57,829 nt of DNA from positions 1-57,829 of the IMG/VR virus record IMGVR_UViG_3300001683_000002; one strand, 5' to 3'. Every line of letters begins with the position of its first letter. Position 1 is the stretch's first letter. Of this stretch, positions 32,501 to 39,592 are shown piece by piece. The position numbers and the translations under genes are program-made. The notes beneath the pieces are model-generated. The model ran no database searches. It saw only the letters and a list, made by a program, of their open reading frames with translations, and was not told the DNA's origin. Source of the stretch: a virus (taxonomy: Duplodnaviria; Caudoviricetes).

Positions 32501-34912
32501 ACTTTATGGCGTAGAAAAGTAAGACAATACGGTGTCGATCAGTTCGACTCGTTTAAAAACATCTTAGGAGATAAAGAGTCATGGATGATGGCTCATATAA
32601 GCGGCACAGGATCTAGCGTGGTCGAAGCACTTACGGAATTCGGTAGACCATTACTGGATTGGTCTGGTGCTGTCAAGGTTGACATGAAGAAGAAAAGCCT
32701 AGCACAGATCTTTGAGCCACTAGGCACAGAGACAGATAGGTTCTTGATGTGGGTAGCGGGTAATAGAGCGGAAGGTCTGAAGGTTGATGACAAAGAGCAT
32801 CTATTTAACCACGCTGAAATAGCAGAGCTTAAGCGCTTGTCTGATGGCACGAAGGATGGCAAGAGTCGCTTAGCACTATATAAGGAAGTGCTTGTAGAGT
32901 TTGAAGCTATGCATAATGCTGTAGTTCAAATCGGTGTTGATACAGGACTAGTTAGTAAAGAAGACGCCAAGATCTGGAAGGATCAGGGTTTCTACGTTCC
33001 ATTTTACCGCATAGCTGAAGAGTCAAGCGATCACCAGGGTAAAGGTGTTCCGTCAGCGAGTGGACTTCAAGGACAAGAAGCGTACAAAAAACTCAAGGGT
33101 GCTGATATGCAGCTTGATGATTTACTAGTTAATACCATGATGAATTGGACGCACTTAATCGGAGCATCACTAAAGAATCAGGCTGCTAGTAAAGCGTTAG
33201 TACAGGCTGTGAAGCTTGGGATAGCTACACCAGTAAAGGAGTCAGAGCGAGGCGAGAAGGCTATCTTCGTTCGTGTAAATGGCCAGAAGCAGTACTATGA
33301 TATTGTTGATACTACAGAAGGTAGATTAGTCCTTGACTCTCTAACATCTCTGAACTTTGACGGTCTGAATGGTACGCTAATGAAAGTAATGCGTAAGTTT
33401 AAACGTGCCTTAACTATTGGTGTAACAGCGTCCCCTGAATTTAAGGTCGCTAACCTACTACGAGATACGCTTCAAGCAATAGCGGTAGCTGACATGAGTA
33501 CCAATATAGGTAGGAACCTTGTAGAGGGATACAAGGCGACATCTAAAGACAATCCGATTATAGCCCAGATGATTGCTGGTGGTGGCGCGTTCGGTGACTC
33601 CGGGTATATTTCTGGTGGCGATCCAGATGCTATCAAAGCTAGTCTGAAAAAGGGAATACCTAGCTCGTCTATACTTAATACAGATAGTAAGATAAAGAAA
33701 ATGTGGGATGCATATCAGGACGTAGGCGCTAGAGCGGAGAACATTAACCGTGCAGCTAACTTTAAGCAAGCACTAGAAAAAGGAAAGAGTTTACTAGAAG
33801 CTAACTTTGAAGCTCGTGATCACCTAGACTTCACTAGATCAGGTTCAGCTGTTTCAGTGAGAGCTATATCTCAAATGGTTCCGTTCTTAAACGCAAGGCT
33901 ACAGGGTCTTGATAAACTTAGTCGTGCTGCTATGGATCCGGAGCAGAAGGGACAGTTTGCAGCGGTCGTCGGTATGTATTCGCTAGCATCAGTGCTTCTA
34001 TACTTAGCTATGCGTGGAGACGAAGACTATGAAGAAGCTGAAGACTGGGAGCGTGATACGTACCATCTGTTTAAGCTTCCTGGTAGTGACATCATGTACA
34101 GATTCCCAAGGCCTTTTGAAGTTGGAGCTATAGGTAGTATGGCTGAACGATTCGTGGAGCAGCTAGTTGATGATAAAGTTCATGGTGAGTTATTTGCGGA
34201 AAGACTAATGCATACAATTTTTCAGACATTCGCAATGAACCCTACACCTCAGTTGTTCAAGCCTCTCGTTGAGACCTGGGCTAACAAGAGTTGGTTTACT
34301 GGACGTGGCATAGAGTCCCAGTCAATGGAGCGCTTATCTAAAGTGAACCGTAAGAAGGCCTGGACGTCACAGACAGCTATAGGTTTGAGTACCGCTATGG
34401 ATGCAATTTTATGGGATGACGTAGTACTTAGTCCTGTTCAGATAGATCACCTTGTGAAGGGCTACCTGGGCTGGTTAGGAGCAACTACTCTAGCTGGTAT
34501 CGATACGCTCGCAAGACCTGCGTTAGGCGTTGCTGAGGCTCCAGACATGGAGATACAAGATCTAGCAGTGGTAGGAAGGTTTGCCAGAGAGGGTAAGGCT
34601 CGAAACTCAAAATTCATTAGCCAGTTTTATGAGAACCAACGTGACCTTAATCAAAAGTTTGCAGACATTAAGCACTACAGAGATAACCAGGAGTATAAGA
34701 AGGCAGCGGCGGCACTTCAGCTTCACGGTAACGAGCTTCGGAACCGCAAAGCTTTCAATCGTGTTGGTAAGCGATTATCAGATATAAACAAAAAAATTAG
34801 ACTGATAACAGCAAGCAAGAGAATGTCGGGTGCTGCAAAGAGAGTTGCGATTAATCGCCTTAATAGGCAGCGCATCTTAATAACTAAGAGAGCTGCCAGG
34901 CTTCTTGAGTAA
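23600..34912 (+). CDS. 3770-aa polyvalent (DarB-like/LPD38-type) internal virion protein
   Basis: G/A-rich N-terminus; GNAT-like segment (~26360-26790); HDVFGH domain; HELFH zincin motif (~27922); HhH-glycosylase-like segment (~29500-30530); two ART-like domains (31259-32280); C-terminal PFLNA.LQG, PRPFEVG and SP.QIDHL..GY.G motifs of LPD38 type. Confidence 0.8.
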   Translation: MPENKNLKKTSTDAAAMGLDPYAALDNDPLAVLENDPYAALDGDFGVEPAPLALAQPERTIGGTLGDIGVTGLKSAVGLVEAGIGLADIPTLGYAGKAAEALGIRTKDTQDILENLYSPAQKYADKQVSDAKGFVDTVGAGLSNPSTILKAAGESAALMGGGGVIARGVLAAKGITLANATAGQLGLASAIGEGAVGAGSAAEGSRQGTTDGLLTPKQSALAIATGITTGAFNRVGSKLANKFGFDDIDQVIARGARSGETTSKTIGRRMAEGGISEGLFEELPQSVAETILSNAAMDLPLMQGVPEGAAMGLLTGGAMGMAINARPTRKPNAPIGNALDQAQLALPAPGQVPILAGYDNQDEAQAERTEADGQRLAQRFFNKANPGKDEEIDTTDFKAQAIASGQSQSAVDSFLEGLDTPIEPNTTGLQDGINPQDVISQQEEGKLKQAQMDSDFEGREQDPTQPAKDFVTFANEKGLSRKERKALRKFMADQQMSRRAKDNFIAKLQEGTDQNTQDNTQEESIVDIALKEASKLKQSGEVANTQLSSALTKAINEPIISGNTNNDINTNGSSGSTESSVNTDGVGNNLVTGRTNESEVLDGASNTEAGVEATHAAVPKLINQTRENINEQKETESKKTAVKAESGEQINEIYNSSITPTNQIKATEAEIESGVIGQSQDSSKPLEQTVASPAVKKEAILTQKKNRYINNQIKAAGLNKNSPGYDNAVNTLQKQYNKDLEKAEFSLPFEEFKKLPGNRKQSDGVVREVYDTVRAELGIQTNKTQDNNEHSPETKKSTTNTAAVGNGEPTATRVPDGASTTNKEEKVSAPVEETTEVLANTTKGTSTRLDRKTKKVSPKKRNYSDSRVARENDGDTQSFSKEDPSADQRDDVQAVFTPSKKLTMSAKLGGMTASPMTELKPTNKSVRKFLAGMKKAKAGKFGAAVFVYEASEYKKMRMFLSSDGQSGFAVKPDGDIVSVFNHAGGGRVNPMMELAVQEGGTKLDAFDTALVDMYELSGFKPTKMDPWDEAYKPAGWSKETFKDFNNGEPGVVYMVHEKDYSPSNILASKKTKETSNDSTTGKEQQSRDGSGRSSSRDTSRLEGAPEIKGASGQDKAIVEVAQQYAKDNGIDLKRQSDYVEVDFELAKRIAQAYEDMEHKPSDPVVAEAYQNLIKQTRAQYDALVKAGYEFYFVNAADAIDFLSSPFNAMRELRQAKKLGVFPTVDGFGEENSKLDVSDNPLLADTGIVWNDIQGNKKKVLANDLFRAVHDVFGHGTEGSGFRARGEENAWQAHRRLFTGSAVAAITSETRGQNSWLNYGIHGETNQTAQIEDTIFADQKTGLMPEFTWTEGVAGDEGVLQSNSDTKTGSTVEQIEALIPRRTKKLLDSGRLEVVQSVTDISDNSYSFTSNDGLEGFYDPKTDKLYLVADMLDKENFSSVLNHELFHRARRTDKKLKRNLAEIDRRLQARFNLAAEGKGTAAEQAAYKRVMDANTPAKNQLEEFQAYMITDYNQSPRSLSASMRRLMKDLISLIRASLIRQGVPLKNITASDLNALAQYGSDKQTTSVASAGDTLVGLASRKGYKGNSTKGAKAFLTGDIYGRKASNSKTEVLASTAQEVKNERAKRLEEIIFRKTGKDTDDDIDSTPRPDDLLASTAEIAAEALPSSGLHGGRIIKQWSKDLQKEYHDAVFDVITKGGVNAVLKLAGLTQTSTVTAPSSYQGHVGSVEQISVDVETTVDSNGMETPTQESKDKLELASAMLGYVLDQDAVVDRYLEPVSAGSDNINAISLNYDRVLTGNEVKNMMSHIDVLSKEMGFDPEMIAIPTSKTGVDVLNLSPDTISTDMLIDISRSLAAQVNGDSKTIYAHNALTENGYVGSDNFREGQRAYSKVRARWQNQSSDGDNSRASGQHEPKWDDSTIESLRGETRKVTEEFLGKHHPQNKKTTRQFAELIDARVKSENGTLDVKDYSEKAIQTVTSKLLSETQAILEGGDKDAIGWYTSKYNDAINLLSRRFPEFKKNGDARNLFTAIVAITSDGTSVKDNLKYAVKIYKEYKKTGKLDSVGLGGERAASYKANLKLLSGIIDEHGVDGMVNYLTETMTAGELEKESASILGKPKTVGYPNETIVPRSMLFGDKLGAFFANLMGHPDYLTMDRWWSRTFNRLRGQMRANPATDSSWKRLAEAIRKEHPEEKLAKSPRKATLQKLATKYQKTYKASGFKDKTATNKIANTIMKAETGLRDIPDGKRGRAFMLEVSQRVTEELKKEYPDMTVADMQAVVWFGEKRLFNENGVISTKASAESDYSDAAANLVEDDAPVDRKNMSHSDVLKRVPQLTEAAKQLEQGTITKKEYAEVVKKYKPIFKIDELPDSATNEQMTQALTKDKVERIGMPVKTGERVGLRLDIPAYKESGVWIPATHVAGSGNSFNPTARITDVKFLDTKKAALNVATGAKSKSPFATIKGSYVQGTTEENRALAKEAMNSPEWIQVGFDPERHSYFYDRTPDANGHHNPVAAADEAIQIGQLVLAKNPVYANEDEVLFSRKAVTKEAHAVAQNNATLPKSQGGLGLPANNTAKDRARAMGFDVDTVWYRGVTGDLAEANGSLQGRDTYNGQRGGLQFFSENPDMASTFANTDAGRVYPVYLKLSDVKQFPVGKEGRFSKTGFDDAALKLDEGQALMARKVIDSGAYVDKTLDPNSLWSYNADQVAIRGDKNIRSIHAAFDPMLADEPTLLYSIKSTAQKNAALPKSKGGLGLPEGNTAKDRARAMGFDVDTTYYRGTTEAWSEDGDLTGVYYTSDPEYASSYSDGEEGQMVIPVFLNTEHFKIETDINDVTDWNFNQDELAAQGYTGVMHETDDVAFIFSDKYRRNTPKASSNIRSIHAAFDPMLADDSNLLASTIEKRKPVKRKPVSKRKKAPSKIKGTNATWRDRPGFEGVTEAGFAALGKIGAPLTGNFVEKTKAAVKDASTLWRRKVRQYGVDQFDSFKNILGDKESWMMAHISGTGSSVVEALTEFGRPLLDWSGAVKVDMKKKSLAQIFEPLGTETDRFLMWVAGNRAEGLKVDDKEHLFNHAEIAELKRLSDGTKDGKSRLALYKEVLVEFEAMHNAVVQIGVDTGLVSKEDAKIWKDQGFYVPFYRIAEESSDHQGKGVPSASGLQGQEAYKKLKGADMQLDDLLVNTMMNWTHLIGASLKNQAASKALVQAVKLGIATPVKESERGEKAIFVRVNGQKQYYDIVDTTEGRLVLDSLTSLNFDGLNGTLMKVMRKFKRALTIGVTASPEFKVANLLRDTLQAIAVADMSTNIGRNLVEGYKATSKDNPIIAQMIAGGGAFGDSGYISGGDPDAIKASLKKGIPSSSILNTDSKIKKMWDAYQDVGARAENINRAANFKQALEKGKSLLEANFEARDHLDFTRSGSAVSVRAISQMVPFLNARLQGLDKLSRAAMDPEQKGQFAAVVGMYSLASVLLYLAMRGDEDYEEAEDWERDTYHLFKLPGSDIMYRFPRPFEVGAIGSMAERFVEQLVDDKVHGELFAERLMHTIFQTFAMNPTPQLFKPLVETWANKSWFTGRGIESQSMERLSKVNRKKAWTSQTAIGLSTAMDAILWDDVVLSPVQIDHLVKGYLGWLGATTLAGIDTLARPALGVAEAPDMEIQDLAVVGRFAREGKARNSKFISQFYENQRDLNQKFADIKHYRDNQEYKKAAAALQLHGNELRNRKAFNRVGKRLSDINKKIRLITASKRMSGAAKRVAINRLNRQRILITKRAARLLE
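31259..31362 (+). repeat. Left flank of ART-like cassette 1; near-identical to 31817-31920
   Basis: 104-nt repeat containing an exact 48-nt match (31315-31362 = 31873-31920). Confidence 0.92.
31745..31779 (+). repeat. Right flank of ART-like cassette 1; identical to 32231-32265
   Basis: CGCTCAATACACGCAGCTTTCGATCCTATGCTTGC, exact 35-nt match. Confidence 0.92.
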
Positions 34913-35197
34913 TTATAAGAGAGTAGCGTGGTATAAGATCGTCGAGTGGGCACTATGAAGCTGCTTGCTCGACCATGCGTTTATTGCGTCTTGATGTTTG
35001 TTAAATGCTCTACGGACGAAGTATGATCTAACAACGGAGACGATAGTCATAGCTGCACTGATTTTCATATTCAGTCCTATGCTTAGGTAAACACCGAACA
35101 CCGGAAGGAGTAGTATAGCCGTGGCCGTATTGATAACGTACCCCATCGATATGTTTAAAACTGTTTCTATTATAGATGCTAGTTTAGTCTGTCTCAT
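34913..35197 (-). CDS. Two-TM phage membrane protein (DUF7220-like)
   Basis: Q.K..S.IE...N...GY...LP.FG and S.VRSY.VRR.FN motifs. Confidence 0.65.
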   Translation of the reverse strand: MRQTKLASIIETVLNISMGYVINTATAILLLPVFGVYLSIGLNMKISAAMTIVSVVRSYFVRRAFNKHQDAINAWSSKQLHSAHSTILYHATLL

Positions 35198-35424
35198 TTT
35201 AGATCCCTTAGTGGTAAGTCTACAATGACAACGTCATACCGTGGTGGTGGGGCGCTGCAAGAGTAGCTGGTCGCATTGGATTTCTGTTCCACTCTGACAC
35301 ACACTCCGTCAGACGTTTGAAACATAGTGGGTATCAATGCAGTCACGAGACCTATGCAACCTATCGTTAAAACAAATAGGATAGCCATCCTAAACTCGCG
35401 CTGTGATAATCTATCGTCAGCCAT
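35194..35424 (-). CDS. Membrane-anchored hypothetical protein
   Basis: N-terminal TM segment, AGGAG RBS. Confidence 0.6.
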   Translation of the reverse strand: MADDRLSQREFRMAILFVLTIGCIGLVTALIPTMFQTSDGVCVRVEQKSNATSYSCSAPPPRYDVVIVDLPLRDLK

Positions 35425-35435
35425 TTTATATACTC

Positions 35436-35549
35436 CTAGTCTGGTATAGACTCTGGGTGATCCCAGTAAAACTGAGACAACTGATCTTCGTCGAATGCCT
35501 CTACATCATAATCTTCATTAACATCTAGCGGTAAACTTAAATAGCTCAT
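35436..35549 (-). CDS. 37-aa acidic microprotein (MSYLSLPLDVNEDYDVEAFDED...)
   Basis: GGAG RBS; ATGA coupling to 35546-35707. Confidence 0.5.
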   Translation of the reverse strand: MSYLSLPLDVNEDYDVEAFDEDQLSQFYWDHPESIPD

Positions 35550-35707
35550 TTTCTTTCTCTCCAGTTTTTACAGTCTGTTTCGTCACGCAAGTAGTGTTCA
35601 AAGTACGTGTCGTCTTTACATGCCATGACTAGACCTATGGCAATCATTATTAAAGCTGGCATTATAAAACCAGCTGCTATTATAATCTCTAAACCTGTCA
35701 TTATCAT
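35546..35707 (-). CDS. 53-aa single-TM microprotein
   Basis: MIMTGLEIIIAAGFIMPALIMIAIGLVMACKDD...; fills the gap in the leftward operon. Confidence 0.55.
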   Translation of the reverse strand: MIMTGLEIIIAAGFIMPALIMIAIGLVMACKDDTYFEHYLRDETDCKNWRERK

Positions 35708-35710
35708 TCC

Positions 35711-36580
35711 TTATAAGTTGTTCATTAATAGGTACGCCCGTTCTAATATCTTATCCGATACTGAGTGGCCTTCACCTCCGTACTCCACTACTATAGTGTT
35801 AGTACTATCCTGCATTAATTCGTTGAACGCCTCTTTAGCTGCGTTATTTATGACCGGGTCATTGTAGCTAGTGCCAATGTAGACTGGGATAGTTATCCTA
35901 ACCCTATCGTTGGGCAAGCCTAATAAACGCCCCGCTAATTCAGGAGCGTATTCATCGACACCCCAATATTTATACCTATCATAAGTGGCTAAAACCTCAC
36001 TACGATACCCATCAAATACACCTGGTGCTGACCCGTCTGCAGTAATAGCGTATGGGTTCACCGGGTCAAACATCAAGGCTCCTTGTACCTTGTCTTGCTT
36101 TCCTAGTCTAGCTAGTTCTGTAATTATTCTAGCCGTCATGATTGCTCCTGCACTTCCCCCGTGCAAGATGATTTTAGTGTCCGGATAATGAAATCTTACT
36201 ATGTCAATGATAGATATAATTCCGTATACCTGGCTGTTGTTCCAATAAGCCCAAACTGTATGAGTCTCATTGTCTACTGTTTTGTTACCGGAGAATGGTA
36301 TGATAGTTATATTCCCCTGGCTCTCTTGATTGTCTAAGAAGATACTGGAGACCACATCTTCAGGATGCCTCATTCCAGACCCACTAGTATCTAACCCACC
36401 GAATGCTATTACTACAGCGTTGGGATTGACGGCTGCTCCATGCATATTAATCTGGAACACCTGCCCCGGAACTGTTGTGGAGTCCGTAAACCATTCACCA
36501 TACGTTGCTCGTGGCAATAACGCAGTGATCAAAACTCCTAGTGCTAACACACCTGATAGCATGTCTAATATTTTTTTCAT
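35711..36580 (-). CDS. Exported alpha/beta-hydrolase-fold protein
   Basis: Signal-peptide-like N-terminus; LHGGSAG nucleophile elbow, NDPVI Asp and GEGHS His. Confidence 0.72.
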   Translation of the reverse strand: MKKILDMLSGVLALGVLITALLPRATYGEWFTDSTTVPGQVFQINMHGAAVNPNAVVIAFGGLDTSGSGMRHPEDVVSSIFLDNQESQGNITIIPFSGNKTVDNETHTVWAYWNNSQVYGIISIIDIVRFHYPDTKIILHGGSAGAIMTARIITELARLGKQDKVQGALMFDPVNPYAITADGSAPGVFDGYRSEVLATYDRYKYWGVDEYAPELAGRLLGLPNDRVRITIPVYIGTSYNDPVINNAAKEAFNELMQDSTNTIVVEYGGEGHSVSDKILERAYLLMNNL

Positions 36581-36784
36581 TCATTCTGCCTTCTGCATGT
36601 TACGTGCAGCTTGTCGTGTTTGAGGTATCAATGTATCTGGAGTAACGAAGATATGCTGCTCGCCTGCTAGTTCTACTGTGACTGTTGACGCTGTCTTCTT
36701 TACTATGCGAATAGGTACCACTCTACGGTGATATACAATGAACGCTAATCTGTTTGAATTTGCTGCTGTCTCTACGTTTTTCAT
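36581..36784 (-). CDS. Hypothetical protein
   Basis: AGGA RBS; abuts the hydrolase gene. Confidence 0.6.
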   Translation of the reverse strand: MKNVETAANSNRLAFIVYHRRVVPIRIVKKTASTVTVELAGEQHIFVTPDTLIPQTRQAARNMQKAE

Positions 36785-36793
36785 GTCAGTATC

Positions 36794-36967
36794 CTAAAAT
36801 GGTAAAGCGGTTTGAGAAACTTCTGTTAATGTATTTACCCAGTTAATTAAAAAACCGTTGATAGAAAAAAAGTGATCAACCGCTCCTAGTACTACTAATA
36901 AAACTAACTGAGTCCTAGTAACTGTAGAAGTTCTTGGTTGCTCTTCTATTAAGTTTGCATCAATCAT
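36794..36967 (-). CDS. 57-aa hypothetical protein (MIDANLIEEQPR...)
   Basis: AGGTG RBS; first ORF after the 37019-37047 promoter. Confidence 0.5.
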   Translation of the reverse strand: MIDANLIEEQPRTSTVTRTQLVLLVVLGAVDHFFSINGFLINWVNTLTEVSQTALPF

Positions 36968-37018
36968 TGGATTTCACCTGGGTTATAAGGGTCAGGAACA
37001 TTCCCAACCCTTGACTAC

Positions 37019-37047
37019 ATCTTATCAATAATAAATTATAAATGCAA
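37019..37047 (-). promoter_or_regulatory. Leftward sigma70-type promoter
   Basis: Minus strand TTGCAT-17 bp (ending TTATTGA)-TAAGAT. Confidence 0.7.
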
Positions 37048-37094
37048 GGTTATTCGTACATGGAAATCATATGTCATTGATATTTAAATAACTA

Positions 37095-37790
37095 TTATAA
37101 GTCCAGCTCCTCCTTAGCCATCAAGTATTGCCTTACAAACTCAGACCTAACACAATCATTAGGTGTGAACTCAATTATATTAAAGTGACTAGACATCTTA
37201 TCAAACACCCTGATTATATCATGTAACCCGGACTGACTAGCTCTTAGGTCGTTTTGCTTATAGTCCCCAGCAATGATCAGCTTAGAGTCTAGTCCTGTCC
37301 TTGTCACAAGAGTGTCTATCTCATGAAATGTTGCTGACTGTGCTTCATCGAAGAACACAATAGCATTGTCGAAAGTAAGCCCCCGTAGGTATGATGTGTT
37401 AACAAAATGGATCTGCCCCTGTGCCTTCATCTTGTCGTAGTTTGAGGCGTACACCTCATGATCAGAGAAAGATAGTGGCTCAGTAATACTATTGATAATC
37501 TCTGAATAGGGAGACTCATATACAGCCATCTTCTCTTCCAGCGATCCTTTTAAGAAACCAACGTCACGAGTTGGTACGGATGATCTTACAATAACCAACT
37601 GATCAAACCCTGACCCTTGAGTCACAATCTGTTCGACAGCTAGTCTTAACGCGGTAAATGTCTTCCCTGTTCCTGATGATCCAATTAAGATCTGATGCTT
37701 CGCTAAAAAAGTATCAGCGATAACTTGTTGCTTCTCATTCAGTGCCTCGAATGGTGCGCGTAAAACCACATTCTTTAGTTTTTTAGACAT
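37095..37790 (-). CDS. phoH: PhoH-like ATPase
   Basis: GSSGTGKT Walker A, R..VPTRDVGFLKG, YLRGLTF, DEAQ, GDYKQND, D.VRS; likely start MSKKLK at 37790. Confidence 0.92.
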   Translation of the reverse strand: MSKKLKNVVLRAPFEALNEKQQVIADTFLAKHQILIGSSGTGKTFTALRLAVEQIVTQGSGFDQLVIVRSSVPTRDVGFLKGSLEEKMAVYESPYSEIINSITEPLSFSDHEVYASNYDKMKAQGQIHFVNTSYLRGLTFDNAIVFFDEAQSATFHEIDTLVTRTGLDSKLIIAGDYKQNDLRASQSGLHDIIRVFDKMSSHFNIIEFTPNDCVRSEFVRQYLMAKEELDL

Positions 37791-37875
37791 TTCAGTTCCT
37801 GTAGTTATTGCTCCTAGACTATGGGAGCGAGGAATGCAGTGGACAGAATCGTTACTGCTCACCGCTGTTTTTTAT

Positions 37876-38214
37876 CTAGTCTTTTTCAACATTGATTGTT
37901 ATATTCTGTACCACTGGTGCTGCACATGCAGGTACTCCAGGTACTCTCACTGCTCTTCCACCGATGAAAATAGCATGGATGCTTTGAACAGGAGATAAGA
38001 ACAACCAGTATAGTATGACCGTAACCACACCATGTTCTTTAGCCATTGTCACTGTACCTTTAAACCATCTAACTGTTAACCATATATATAGACCTACAAT
38101 CAATACTAAAAACACTATAAGGCCACCATCACCTGTTGGTGTGACTGCAGCGAAAGCTGATGTTGATGCTGTTGCTGCTACTGTTGCTACTGTTGATTTA
38201 ATTAATGTGTTCAT
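37876..38214 (-). CDS. Membrane protein with a signal-like N-terminus
   Basis: ASTSAFA signal-like segment followed by two hydrophobic segments. Confidence 0.6.
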   Translation of the reverse strand: MNTLIKSTVATVAATASTSAFAAVTPTGDGGLIVFLVLIVGLYIWLTVRWFKGTVTMAKEHGVVTVILYWLFLSPVQSIHAIFIGGRAVRVPGVPACAAPVVQNITINVEKD

Positions 38215-38247
38215 TTTTTGAGTTCTCTATTTATTTAAGTCGAGTTC

Positions 38248-38276
38248 ATTCTATCAATAAAAAAGTATAAAAGCAA
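38248..38276 (-). promoter_or_regulatory. Leftward sigma70-type promoter
   Basis: Minus strand TTGCTT-17 bp (ending TTATTGA)-TAGAAT. Confidence 0.7.
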
Positions 38277-38310
38277 TATTATTCTATACCTTTATTTGTA
38301 TACCATTGAT

Positions 38311-38700
38311 CTAAAAGCAAACTGTTACTCTACCTCCATCTTCTTCGACGCAAGTAGTGCCGTCATCACCACTGATAATATCCCCTTGTCGCTGATACAT
38401 TCCCCCACCTACTATGAACGTAGTGTTCCCTCTAGTAATCCCCAGTGATCCATCATGACAGAACGTTCTATCGCCCCGGACAGTACATAAGCTGCCGTCA
38501 TCGCCTGTCCTAACTCCACCTACAGTAACATAAGTTGTCCCGGAAGTGTATGGTTTTGCCTGTACTCCTGTGTATGACCCTAGCGAGAACACCAGTAGCA
38601 CGTATATGGCCGCCATCAACTGTTGGCGTAACTGCAATCCGGTGTATGACCCTAGTGCGAACACAGTTGTCACTATAAGTGCTTTAATATAATTACTCAT
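38311..38700 (-). CDS. Exported small beta-repeat protein
   Basis: Duplicated VF.LGSYTG.Q segment; G.DG...T.RG..T repeats. Confidence 0.55.
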   Translation of the reverse strand: MSNYIKALIVTTVFALGSYTGLQLRQQLMAAIYVLLVFSLGSYTGVQAKPYTSGTTYVTVGGVRTGDDGSLCTVRGDRTFCHDGSLGITRGNTTFIVGGGMYQRQGDIISGDDGTTCVEEDGGRVTVCF

Positions 38701-38894
38701 TTGTCTGTCCCCGTTGCTGCGACTGATAAGTCCCTCCTTAGCAAGTATAAAGATCCCTCAACAACTACATAACCCTGGTGCCAATTCACGACAGCCTGGT
38801 GACTTACACCTAAGAATTCAGCCAGGCCTCTTCTGCTACCGAACTCGCGTTCAGCGTATTCATCTACTGTTTCTACTTCTTTAGATACACTCAT
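38697..38894 (-). CDS. Cro-like HTH protein
   Basis: FGSRRGLAEFLGVSHQAVVNW. Confidence 0.7.
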   Translation of the reverse strand: MSVSKEVETVDEYAEREFGSRRGLAEFLGVSHQAVVNWHQGYVVVEGSLYLLRRDLSVAATGTDK

Positions 38895-39592
38895 GATCTT
38901 TCCCCTGTTACGTTAATGATACGTTCATATATTTCTCTAGTCTTATTCACATCATCCTCACAATACTCAGATATTTTATCGTATTCACCCAGCTCAAAAG
39001 CTCTAGCTACATGTGACCCATCAAACTCGCCTTTAGCCGGTAAGCCAAGAGCGTTACAAATATTATCCAATGATCCACCTGACCTGGACTGAAACCCATT
39101 CCATGCTCTCATTGTGTCGTAAACTTGTCGTGATCCGTGGCGCTGGTTAATAGGTACCTCTACTCCTTGTGTATCCACTCCTAATATTACACATCGCTTA
39201 AACAGAAACGGTAGATCAAAGTCGATAAGGTTGTGTCCGACCCAGCGAACAGATGATGACCTAGCTACATCGATATTATGAAACTCATACTCGCCCAGCA
39301 ATCTCAAGAAGAAACAATTCAAAAGCATTTTTTCGGTTGAGTACTGACCTACAGGGTTGAGCTGCATAGATCTAGCAGGCTGACTATCTATAGAGTAACC
39401 TATAGTGCAGATAGTCCCAGCTGACCCGTCGAAACTTGTAGCATTCACCATGTTGGATCTAGCAGTTAAGCGCCATTTGTCTAGTGCCTCCTTTGATTTG
39501 TAGTTAGCCGGTGGCTTTAAATTCTTATCGAGATAGTCTAACCGATCTACGTCCTTACACGGAAGAGTCTCTAAGTCAATTGTTATTCTCAT
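38891..39592 (-). CDS. DEDDy 3'-5' exonuclease (PolB-exo-like)
   Basis: IDLET, VGHNLIDFDLPFL, YDTM, SLD.IC..LG, YCEDDV. Confidence 0.85.
   Translation of the reverse strand: MRITIDLETLPCKDVDRLDYLDKNLKPPANYKSKEALDKWRLTARSNMVNATSFDGSAGTICTIGYSIDSQPARSMQLNPVGQYSTEKMLLNCFFLRLLGEYEFHNIDVARSSSVRWVGHNLIDFDLPFLFKRCVILGVDTQGVEVPINQRHGSRQVYDTMRAWNGFQSRSGGSLDNICNALGLPAKGEFDGSHVARAFELGEYDKISEYCEDDVNKTREIYERIINVTGERS

Noticed and set aside
38891-39592. DNA polymerase
   Set aside because: Only the exonuclease motifs are present (233 aa); no polymerase domain follows
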